The notes under the pieces were generated by a model that saw nothing but the letters and a program-made list of their open reading frames with translations, did not search any database and was not told the origin of the DNA. Positions 21,801-32,652 of a stretch of 64,000 bases of DNA are shown here, piece by piece. Made by a program: the position numbers and the translations under genes. Location: the NCBI GenBank assembly GCA_004764695.1, contig SMSO01000014.1:6128029-6192028 (forward strand), given 5' to 3'. Source of the DNA: Schizochytrium sp. TIO01. Taxonomy: Eukaryota; Protista; Bigyra: Labyrinthulomycetes. Position 1 is the first letter of the stretch, and the number at the start of each line of letters is the position of its first letter.

Positions 21801-24800
21801 ATAATGCACATTGGTAATTCTGTGGCAGGAGAAGAATTCCACAACTAGTACCTACTAGGTATATAAGTTTCACAGAAATCTAGCACATGAGCGCGTGAAT
21901 CTGCAACAGCAACGAGTGAAAAACAATGGCTAGGTATGCCTCGGATTATACAGTATGTTTACTAAGTTGATGGACGCTTTGAAGATATCATCATCATACT
22001 CCAAAAAAAAAAATATCATCAAGCAGGCAAGTCAGATAGTGTACTACAATAATGTTGATGGAATTTTAGTTGGTAAGAGAAGGTAGTCCTGCCCGCGGCC
22101 ATTCCATCTCGAGAACTTTCCATTGGTGAAATGAATGCCGTGTATCTGCTGGGACGTCTGCTGAATCATACTGGCGTGAGTCTTTAGATCGTGTTAATTA
22201 CTTTGCTATGATTTAGGTTCTCAACCTATTCACCCACCCATTTATTTATTGAAAAGTGTTTCCATCTCGCGTTGAAAAATAAGATTAAAATCAAAGTGGT
22301 AGAAGGCCTCCCTTTGTCCCCACTTTTCAAAGTACTAGAATATGGAAAACAAATTTGGCGAGGATCATTGAACCACGCTGAAGCTCCTAGCCAAATACAT
22401 CAGCAGTTGGTCGGTCGTTCGGTCAATTGATCGATCCAACCAATGGTATATCCTCACATAAGAGATGCCCCGCAATTGCAACGGCGATTCATCGATCAAA
22501 ACACCTCTAGACCTCAAAATTCGTCTCGCGCCTTCCAATCGCTCGACAGGGCACAAAGGCCATCGTTGTGCTTTCGTCCAGTGCTGTGTGCTTTCCTCCC
22601 CTCCCTCGATTTTTTTTTTTTTTTTCATGGCCTCTTTCCCAAAGAGCTCCGGTCATTCACGGCCGAGAATGTGGGTAAGGACTGACCAAAGGGTGTGTGC
22701 TCAGAAACAAGTTTTCCTTCGTCCAAAACTGCTCATTTCTCTTCCTTCTTGTACGATCCTCGTCTCTTCACGGGCCAAGGCCCACATCAGCGACCAGCTT
22801 CGTCCTCAATCGTCCCGCAAAGCTTCCGAATCTTCGAAACTGCAATCGAGAGGGAATCTGGTGCAGCTTGAAAGCAAGAAACCAGTGGCGGCTGCCCCGG
22901 TTCTTCGACCCAGTGCAGGTAATGGACGGACGGTAGGACACGGACACGATGGGCAGGACGACCGCTCCAGTAGATACTTTTTCATTTGAGGATTCATGAC
23001 GCTGCACGTCCGAAGCAGGTCTCGCCCAGGTGCAATAGCGAGAGAGGTCTTGTTTAATTTGTTTTCTTTCTTAAGCTACTCGCCAGCCACGTGCAACTGG
23101 CACAGCTCGGCAGGCGCTTGACGGAATTATGTCTGGTTGGTTCATCTGAAGTTCGCTTCACGGCAATGCGAATCACAAAAAACGAATTTACCCTCCTCGA
23201 CTTGCACGTTAGCTTCGTCCAACCAATCTCTCCCACTTTGACTAGTCAGCGGCTAGCGGTCAACCGCTATCAAGACGCGGGGGCAGACAGTGAATCTGTG
23301 CTGACCAGTGATCAATCGCACTGGGACACAAATAAATCTAAGGCTATACTTCGTGGTCATAATGACGTCTATCGAATCTCATCCATTGTCTCGGCAGGTA
23401 TGAAGCAATAATTGTTTAGCTGTCGAGGCTATCAGCAGGTTCTCAGCCTAGGCATGCTCAGGAAAGCTCAAGGAAGTCAAGGAAGTTCCGCAGAAGCGAC
23501 CATAGCTAGTGACCCCTCTTTTTTTTCTTTTTTTAAAATAGTTAAATCCCTTAGTATATGATTCTGGATTGATTAATTAAAAATACTCCTTAATTCATGA
23601 AGAGAAAATCATAACCCAAATAGCTAAAGGAAAAGAATTCAAGAGAGAATCTATTTAGCACACGGTATTTTCAGGGATGCTTTTAACTTTGGAGACGGTC
23701 GATGCAGTACAACATCGTGTGCTTTCCTCACCGATATTATAATCATGCACATTTAAAAAAGAGCGTCATCTGTGCCAATCGTTTTATGTCGAGTAATTTG
23801 TTATCACTCTGCATCGAATATATGAGGCTAAGTGGATGGAGATTTGTGCATCTGCTGTGTTTTGTGTCTTGCTTGCCAGAGCCTCTCGACAGACATCAGT
23901 GCTCAGGATCAGTCTTTGTGCCCCCTGTTTTTGTCTCCTCTTTTAACTCATTGGTTTGTTCAGACTCATTTTTTTTTCCTGTTCCTCTCTTCTCTCTTTC
24001 TTGAAAAAAAAAAAAAATGCGAACGTAACAAATGTTTTGCCACAAATGTCTTTGAACTGTTGAGAGTCCCAGATTATTCCTCTTTATCAATAATTTACAA
24101 TTGGCATCAGAATATTGAAGACTTATTTTGGTCTTATTTTTCAATATTAATTTTAAAAATAAAGAAGTAAGAATAAGGTATGCACAATCGTTAGGCTGCT
24201 GTAACCCTCAATTTGATAATTGATCTTGGTCTCATTAGAACTTATGTGCTTCTTGTGGTTTGGTATTGTAAATGTTTATGGTAGGCACATTTACGTTTCT
24301 ACCAGATTTTCAGGTTCAATCTCTCCAACCACCAAACGTAACCAAATAATGTGAAGTGTCGTGCTTGCAGAATTACGCCGAATGCCCTTGGGTCTTCGCG
24401 TAGCATCATCTTACGCTAGCAAAACGCTTATGAAAGACAACTCTATTATACTAGAGAACGAATTTTCTCATATATATATTTTGTATCATGGCAGTTTTCA
24501 TTTGGAGCAAAGAGGCACAAATTTCAGCCAATATCGCACTGGTGATGGAGACATTAAATTGTGAACACAGAATATGGATGGTGATGCTCGAAAGACTTAC
24601 ATGTTGACTTATGAAGGTGCTCCAGCTCTGCGAACAAACTTCCTAAACCTGATGATAAAGATGATAAAGTTACTCTTGAGGTTTGTACCAGCCACATTTC
24701 CAAAATAGAAACATAAATAATTCATATTGTGAGAAATGTAGGGAAAAAAATGAAACAGAACAATAGATGGTAAACATCAATTCAAGGATATCAAACTTCA

Positions 24801-25375
24801 AAACCAAAAATCGTCAGCATAAAACCTTCCAAACCAATATTAAATATGAATTCAAAGTACTTAAAGTCAGCATGCGTCAGAGAGTCAACAGCCTATTCAG
24901 TCAGTGATAAAAGGTCTTACATCTACGAAAACCTCCGTGACTACGTATCCTCAATTAACTACATTCTTGTGAATGAAGTACAACAAAACAGTCTCTCTAG
25001 AGACGCGCCAAATAGGAATTCGGCCTTCGCGAAATTCAACACCATTCCTGACTTCTTACGAACTAATACCTTACAACAAGTAGGCAACACTAGGGGGTGG
25101 TAGCACCAACTACTAAAGGACTCTAATGTTAGTGCACACCAGGGTCCCCGGACATCAAATAGCACTGAAGAGATGGATTCCGCGCCAGCAACAAAGACTC
25201 CCCGAGACAGGTCTGAGCTAGGCTCGTAGACTCATGTATACTTCAAAGAATTGCAGAAAGGCACGTAGTAGTCCATGATCTGAGGCGCCCAAAGACAGCC
25301 TAGTTTGTCTGCAACGCGTCCAGCAGAGTCTGCCTCATCGGCAGAGTCGGCAAGCAGTTCTTGCACAGAGGTGGC

Positions 25376-27031
25376 ATGGCACCCGTTCTTCTGGCACCCC
25401 TTGACACAACACCAGCAGGTCTCTCACCTGCCACAGAATGTGATGATGAAAATAATGACCATGAAAACAATGCTACTGAGCTGTCAAGTAGCACAACTAC
25501 TTCCGTTGGCTCTGCGAAGTTAGAAGATCCGCTTCTACGATGGATCCTGGACAAATCCAAAAATGTGGAAGATCTGCGTTTCGCTTCTCATGGTGCTTCA
25601 CATGGAGCTCGCAGATATGATAGTTTTCTTCAAGCAAAAAGGGAAATAGAAGCTATCCCCATGGGAGATAAACTATTTCACGCTCAGCTGTATTATGATA
25701 CACGATCGTACGAGTGTCGAGACATTCCAAGTGAGCGACCAGGAACGCTTCGAATCATATTTGAATATTACTCGCGATTATTAACGCCAACATCTGTAAA
25801 CACAGGATTAACCGAAGGCAATGCACCACTCACACTGGCCCTGATTGAAGTGGCAAACAATACGATATCGCTGACCGAGCTGGTGACCTTTGCATGCAAC
25901 TATGGTATTGTACCAAACATAATATCTCACGCGGGACTCCATTTTGCATGGCAACGTCAGCGACGGACACGTAGCAACGAACACCCTACAGAGCTCGACT
26001 ACCCATCATTTGTGCAAGTGCTGGCACGTTGCGCTTTGATTGCATTTGAAGGCGATCCAAAATCGCGGGTTGATCAATTTATTGCATTTATGGACCTGCC
26101 TAACACTGCCAAACACATTGCAATGCTTGAAGCCCTTGAAAAAACACGTAATGGTAAACACAGACCCACGAAAAATATTCGCCATGCCCCAGTTTCGCTT
26201 GATGAGGAGAAACAAAGTGGTTCTAAAAAGCATAATTTTAAGATGGTTTCAAGCAGAAAGCAGCGATGGTCCCGAATCGACATTAAGCCCACAGAGATTG
26301 CTGCCCAGCTAGAAAGCCTGCAGCAGTCAGCTGGGCGTGTTGGAGATGTCGCACCGCCGACATTTGAAAACGACCCAATGCGCAAAGACAGAAAGCGCTT
26401 CTGGAACGCTGAAAAACATTGGGATCCCGAACTGCTCGATCTCTTAGCACCGTTTGAGTTTGAGCACCATCGCAAGCGCTGGATTCCATTCCATGGCGAG
26501 TTCCTTGACATGGGTGTGCTTGTTCGTGGATCCACGCATCATTATCGCATAATTCTTCAAAACGCTTGTCCTTTCACAGCTCACGCAGTGATGTGTTTCA
26601 GGGGTATTCCAGAAACCGAAGTCCACATGGATGCCCGCGAGATGGCAGCAGGCCTCTCCAAGGAAAGCTTGATTCGAATTCGTTGCATTAATCTCGGAGA
26701 GCATCATGGTTACTTACATGTTAAATTACTTGATAGTGAAGACCAACTTGTCCAAGAACGGCAAATTCCTGTTTACTGTAATATCGTGGAATCACAGGCA
26801 GTGCAGGCGGCGTTGCTTGCTCGGGAGCCCAAGGGGCAAACTATTTTATCAAAGGTTGACGAAACATTGCAACACCATCGTAAGCGTAGTGAACAGGAAA
26901 TTGCACGACGTATTGCGTGGTCAAAGGGTCCTGCCTCTCCAAAGAGCGTAGGCACACCGCACTCTCCAAGTCAGCATAACGCCCCATTCGTTGGAGCATT
27001 AGCTCTTCCGAGTCCGAGCCGAAGATTCTAG
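25376..27031 (+). CDS. Hypothetical protein with EF-hand-like helical pair and C-terminal Ig-like (ASH/PapD-like) domain, probably ciliary
   Basis: ~550-aa ORF with ATG at 25376. ISLTELVTFACNYGIVPNIIS...LDYPSFVQVLARCALIAF resembles the degenerate EF-like helices of flagellar proteins. LDMGVLVRGSTHHYRIILQN...MAAGLSKESLIRIRCINLGEHHGYLHVK resembles an ASH domain (LDFG, strand-N, lAPGm, G...G.l.v). Confidence 0.65.
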   Translation: MAPVLLAPLDTTPAGLSPATECDDENNDHENNATELSSSTTTSVGSAKLEDPLLRWILDKSKNVEDLRFASHGASHGARRYDSFLQAKREIEAIPMGDKLFHAQLYYDTRSYECRDIPSERPGTLRIIFEYYSRLLTPTSVNTGLTEGNAPLTLALIEVANNTISLTELVTFACNYGIVPNIISHAGLHFAWQRQRRTRSNEHPTELDYPSFVQVLARCALIAFEGDPKSRVDQFIAFMDLPNTAKHIAMLEALEKTRNGKHRPTKNIRHAPVSLDEEKQSGSKKHNFKMVSSRKQRWSRIDIKPTEIAAQLESLQQSAGRVGDVAPPTFENDPMRKDRKRFWNAEKHWDPELLDLLAPFEFEHHRKRWIPFHGEFLDMGVLVRGSTHHYRIILQNACPFTAHAVMCFRGIPETEVHMDAREMAAGLSKESLIRIRCINLGEHHGYLHVKLLDSEDQLVQERQIPVYCNIVESQAVQAALLAREPKGQTILSKVDETLQHHRKRSEQEIARRIAWSKGPASPKSVGTPHSPSQHNAPFVGALALPSPSRRF

Positions 27032-28200
27032 GTGTCGAGGAGTTGAGTAGCTTTGAAAGACGCCCTCTACCTGTTTCCTTAACGAACTCAGATCGCCCCT
27101 CGCCTACAAGCCTTGCCTCACGTCGAGCAAATTTGCATCGAGCTCAGGCTTCAGCAAAAGCCAACATGAACTTTTCATAATCCAACAGTTATTCCTTCCT
27201 TCTGCTACTTTTTGCAACGCCAAAGTACTTACAGACTCCAACCCCATCAGACAAACCAGACATGATTTCTTTCGATAAACTCGATCTCTTCCCTTAGAAA
27301 AGTTCGAGTCCGTTTTCTGTTTTGTTTTATTTTTTGTATTCTCTTTATATTTTTCCTTAAGGACATCGAACAGATGAAGTATCTCATTAATAAATACTTG
27401 GCATTGATGATTTTTTATTCCTTTATTTCTTGCATCAGGCTAATCTAGGGCTGCATACGAACTTTTTATTCTTTAAAGTGATTTTATATGACTCTTTTGA
27501 CTAATTTGCTATTGCAACTCTCACCGAAATATCGAATCATAATCCATGCTAGATTTCCCCCAAACAAAGAGCAGATAGACTTAATACTACTCTGACACCT
27601 CTTCATGCCACTCACATGAATGTATCACTGTTCAACCTTCACCGTCACCTCTAGCTCATTATCTTCAGTCTCTCACGTCACTATATTAGGCCTCTCTAGA
27701 TGCCAAACATTCTTCCGTGAACAAGGGACTGGTTCCTCCTGTCATTTACCCCTATCATATCTGGGAAGTCGTCCTTTTAACCATCATGTACGATTCTCGT
27801 AATCTTGACCATGCTCCTGCATCCCATCATCTTTGCAACCTTCAAGAGTATTGCCCAACGATCCCCTTCGTATTCGTGTTCCAAGGGGCCGAGATTCACT
27901 GCTCGAGTTGCTTCACGAGCAGAGGAGGTCCAACGGCGGCTTGGCTGCACCGTGAGGGAAGTAGACATCCAAGTTGGTGAGCGGCATTTAGGGCGATTCA
28001 CTCGTTGTCGTTTGGGCAGCCGCAGTGTTTGAGTTCTTCTCTCTTGAACTTGAGAGAGCTAGCACCGAGCTTCAAAACTGTCTTGGCAATTGTGCGTACG
28101 TGCATATCATTGTCTAGGAAAGTTGCTGAATTTGTGGGACTGAGGCGCGAGTAGCGCTGCTGTGGCGGCCTTCGCGACCTCTTGGACAGATTTTCACATC

Positions 28201-30827
28201 ATGATGGCCCTTGGAACGAACCGAAGGTGTATTCTAGTGATCGTTGCTATTTTGATAACGCTTTCATGCCAAGGCAACTTTTTGCAGATTGCAGTGGCTA
28301 GCTCCACGAGCCACTCCAAGTTTCTTCTGGATCTTCTTCTGGATCAACATCCTCTTCATCTTCATCTTCATCTTCGACAGGAGGATCTTCATCATCTTCA
28401 GGGTCAGATCACGGTTCTTCTACTTCGCACTCGTCACACTCCTCGCATTCATCACACTCGTCTCACTCCACCTCCTCGCACTCATCTTTGTCGCACTCCT
28501 CGCACAGCTCGCACTCCTCGCACCCTTCACATTCATCACGGAGTAGCACTAGCAGCAGCTCGTCTTCAGATCCCAGTGATCTTAGTCTGAGCAGTAGTGG
28601 TAGCAGCAGCGACCCTTCTTCATCGGCATCGTCATCGAGCAAATCTTCGCGAACATATTCGCGAAAGCGGCGGAAGTCTCGCCCCGGACGTGCTGCCCTC
28701 AAGGCAATCTTTGACAATCTCCGTGACGCAATTCAACGCAATTCTGAAGATGAGACTTCATCCGGGATGCGCAAACTGGAAAGTCTTATGGAGTATTGTG
28801 ACTATCATCTTGAGGAACTCGAAGGTGAAATTCTAAACGAGCAAATGGAAGAGGATGTTGCCGCTCAGCTTGCTGCTGTGCTCGGTATTGATCCTGATTC
28901 TAATGAGCAAATGGGCGATTCTGACTCGGATGAGTTCAATTCAGATGACCTCGCAGCAGTGCGAAGCCTGAGCATGGATAGCCTTGACTTATCAGACCCT
29001 TCTGGATCTGGTTCATTGAGTTCCTCTTCAAGCTCAAGTCGGCGGCGGAGACGCTCTTCGCGCAGCTCATCAAGCGACAAACAGGAGATCGCGCGCCTGA
29101 AACGTCTCGTCAAGAAGTTGAAAGATCACCAGGCTGCCGAAGTTCAAAAACTAGTTGCTGTAAAGCAAGGTGTGGAGCTTTTGGTGGAGTCACTCAGTGG
29201 AACAAAGCAAAATTTGCAAGAAGCCAAGAAAGAAAGTGTAGATATGGGCAAGGAGCTAGAGCGGATTCATAAACAAGCTATAGCGGCGGCTAACCTTGAA
29301 AAGGAGATTGCTGAAATTCAAGAGCATGCACGAATCAACTACGAGACCGGTCAGATTGAACTCGCTCTTGAAACAGGTGAAACATCGCATCTATCATTGG
29401 ATGAAGTTGCTGCAAAGTTCCAGCTTGCGAACTTTGAAAAGTCAAAGGGTCGCCACTTGTACAACCCTGAAGAGGGTGGCTTTGAGTCAGGTGGTTCTAG
29501 TTCTGGTTCATATGATAAAAAGGATGATATTCTCGCCAAATTGGCAGATCCCGCCGTTTTACATGCGGACCTTCGACTTTTGTTGGATATTGTTCTCCTT
29601 CTCGGCTCTGCTACAATTGGCGGTATGCTTGCTGCTGTAGCATACATGCCTCCGCTGATTGGCTATATTGCTGGTGGTGTCATTGTAGGACCCTCAGGTC
29701 TTGACCTTGTGCAAACTGTTGTGGAAGTAGATACGTTGGCACAGTTTGGTTCTGTGTTTTTTCTTTTTGCGCATGGTCTGGAGTACTCTTTCTCGGAGCA
29801 ACGGCAATTTCAAACTGTTGCCGTGGGTGGTTGTTTGTTGTCTACAGCAATTTGTGCGGTATGTATCCAAATCTATGCAATGGGATCTGGCATTGTGCAA
29901 AGCCCTTTGGAGGGAGGATTGCTTGGTCTCTCGTCATCTTTATCCTCTTTATCACTTGTGTTGGACTATCTACATGATCAGAATGCCGTACATTCGATTC
30001 ATGGCAAGGTCATGGTTGGTTTTCTGACCTTTCAAGGCTTGCTCATGGGTCTCTTGTTTTCACTGCCACCTGCAATTTCTGGTGGCGTTGTTTCGGTTGG
30101 TGGAGTTGGACTTGCGCTGCTGAAGTCATTTAGTGGCATCTTGGTGGTTGCCGGGTTTGCCTACCTTTTTTCCAGATACGCTCTTCTTACGTTGCTGGAG
30201 TTTCTATCCAAGAACCGCTCAAATTATGAAGAGCTCTATTTGCTCGGTGTCGTGTCCCTGGCAATGATTATGGCTTTGCTGACGGAGTTTCTTGGACTCT
30301 CTTTAGATCTTGGTGCCTTCTTTGCTGGCCTGATGCTCGCAGGAACACCGTACATGAAGCGTACGTCAACTTCTATTCAGCCTCTTGCTAATGTATTTGC
30401 AGCCATGCTTTTCGCTTCGATTGGCATGATTATCAACCCTAGTTTTTTCTGGACGAACCTGAGCGTCATTTTGATTGTTGTAATTCAGATCGTGGTCATT
30501 AAAGTGATTGTGGGCACAACCGTGGTGCGTTTGTTTAGCTACTCGTGGAAGGTGTCTGTTCATACAGGTATTGGTTTAGCGCATGTGGGCGAGTTCAGTT
30601 TACTTTTTTCTAGCAAATTACAGGCACATTTGCTTCTCTCTCGTCGTGCTTACTTAATTTTTCTTGCTGCTACTGTCACAACGATTGTGCTTGCGCCTCT
30701 CGTTCTGCGGACAATGGAGAAAGGGATTCCTCGCATTTTGCGCATCCTCAATGTTCCTGAGGATATTGAAGAAGATTATATCGCGCACACTCGACACTAC
30801 GACCGTCGTAGCCGCCTTGCATCATGA
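28201..30827 (+). CDS. CPA2 K+/H+ antiporter, KEA4-6/TMCO3-like. Signal-peptide start at 28201 is out of frame with the main ORF (break at ~28302-28322)
   Basis: The C-terminal half is multi-TM with DPAVLHADLRLLLDIV, PPLIGYIAGGVIVGPSGL, VDTLAQFGSVFFLFAHGLE, LGLSLDLGAFFAGLML, FASIGM and GEFS. The N-terminal part is Ser/His-rich plus coiled coil. The main frame is open from 28302 and has no early ATG. Confidence 0.88.
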
Positions 30828-32563
30828 TATATCCTGCAAAACTTATGATCATCCTTTCTCCTCCGTTTTAAATTTACGAAAAGATTTTATGAATGCGATC
30901 CTCGAGTGTGTCTTCTTCAACGTACTTTGCACATTCATATGTAGGTAGAAACCTAATTTCTAATCATATCTCACTTAGAAACTTGAAATGGCAAGTTGCC
31001 ACCGTAGTTACCTTTTGTGAATCATGCATCAAATTCTGGCCTGAGACATCTACCGTGCTTCTGTTTCTTGTCCATGAAGTTATTTCCTTTTCATATGAAA
31101 AGCAGTATACTAGTACCATAATCTGGTAATGGCATTCATCGTTCCTGGACGGGCAGGAAGAAAAGAAGTGAATCCCGATTTTGATGACGAAAGCAAATTG
31201 CAAGGTGTGCGCATTTCAGTACCAGTAGAATAGTCAACTCAAACTTTTATGCTGCCGTGGTACCCAAATTCATTCACACTGGCGGAAGGATTCCGCACCC
31301 ATGATTTTTGAGTGCAACAATGAGGTTCTCAAAAGAAAATTTGGTGCGTAACACCTACAATGCTGGTTCTTGTACTCCTCATTTGGGTACCTTGACGATG
31401 AAGCTGATGAGCCATTTCCACATAATGTAAGAATTTGTTTCGCAGCACCCATCGAAGTCATTTAAATATTAAGGAACAAACCCAAAGTTTATGTTTCATA
31501 CCTTATCAGTATTACGCTTGGACTTGAAGTAAAGTAAAAGGGTTTGTATGAATTGCTGCAAATAAAGCCATTCCAAGTTTTCGTGATACTTTTGTTGTTG
31601 AGACGAATTTATTGGACCCACAACTGTTTCTAAATAAAATAAAGTAATACTTTGGTTTACTAAAATCATATTTTCTAAAATAAAATAAAATATATTTTTT
31701 TAATGATATTTCTTTACATCACTTTAAAAACAAATAAAAATCATTGATGTTACACCATAATATCCTCTATATTAAAAAAAAAAAAAAAAAAGAATTAAAA
31801 AAAAGAGTAAAAACATTTTAATTAATAAAAAACAAACATTGCTTTAACTAAAAAATATTGAAGCGTGTGTCTCGTGCTCAGCGCACATCTCCAGAAAGCC
31901 CTGCAGCAACCAATCCCTGATCCCCGTTCCTCATAACAGGGACTTCGTAGGCAGGCAGGGACCTGGTTCCTAGTTTCAGTTCTTGCTTCTGCACCGCCGC
32001 TGTCGCTCGTGCTTTCGCCACCGAGCGCTCTCGAGGCCCTGCGTGCTGCTTCGTAACCTCCACAAACTGCAAACCACCCACCCACTCGTCAAAGCGTACA
32101 CAATCACAATGGCACTATGGTACAATGGCACAATAAATAGCACAATGGTACAGACTGACATCTTGGAACCGAGTTCTGTTCTCGAGGAGTGCAATCTTCG
32201 CGGGTTCCACCGGTTCGACAACGGTAGCCACTTCGAAGGAAGTTCTGCCGCCCATCGTACTTTTGCTTTTGCTGAGCCCCTAACAGCTCGCTCCGCAGTG
32301 CGTGGAAAACCTGCACTACGGAAGAGCAGCTCGCGATCACAGAAAGAGAAGTTCATCAGACAGAGTGATGTCAGCCAACAGGTTCGGTCGGCCTGTGTAT
32401 TATTATACCCATGGGGCTCAACCCTCAAGAGCTCAAGAGCGCGACTTCCTTACAAGTGCCGCCTGCCTTAGACGCTGACTTCTAGCTAGCTCTAGCTAGC
32501 CGGCCAGCTAGCACCTCGCTAGCGCACTCACGGTTCAGATCTGCCTTACGAACCGAGACAGCG

Positions 32564-32652
32564 AGCAGAAGAACTTACAGGCAAGCAGAAACTTACAAGC
32601 AAGCAGAAACTTACAAGCAAGCAGAAACTTAAGCAAGCAAGCAAGCAAGCAG
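32564..32652. repeat. 18-bp tandem repeat GCAAGCAGAAACTTACAA (~3.5 copies) decaying into (GCAA)n
   Basis: Unit starts at 32581, 32599 and 32617. Confidence 0.9.

Noticed and set aside
27295-27315. GTTCGAGTCC resembling a tRNA T-loop/B-box
   Set aside because: The flanks form no cloverleaf stems, and no A-box is present.
27620-27990. Minus-strand frame interrupted only by TGA stops (similar cases near 50043-50430 and 51101-51763), suggesting selenocysteine or readthrough
   Set aside because: There is no selenoprotein motif or evident SECIS, TGA is used as a normal stop in DZIP1-like and KEA, and the pattern is expected by chance given the number of frames examined.
32564-32652. Repeat array as a CRISPR candidate
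   Set aside because: The units are head-to-tail with no unique spacers, there are no cas genes and the context is eukaryotic.
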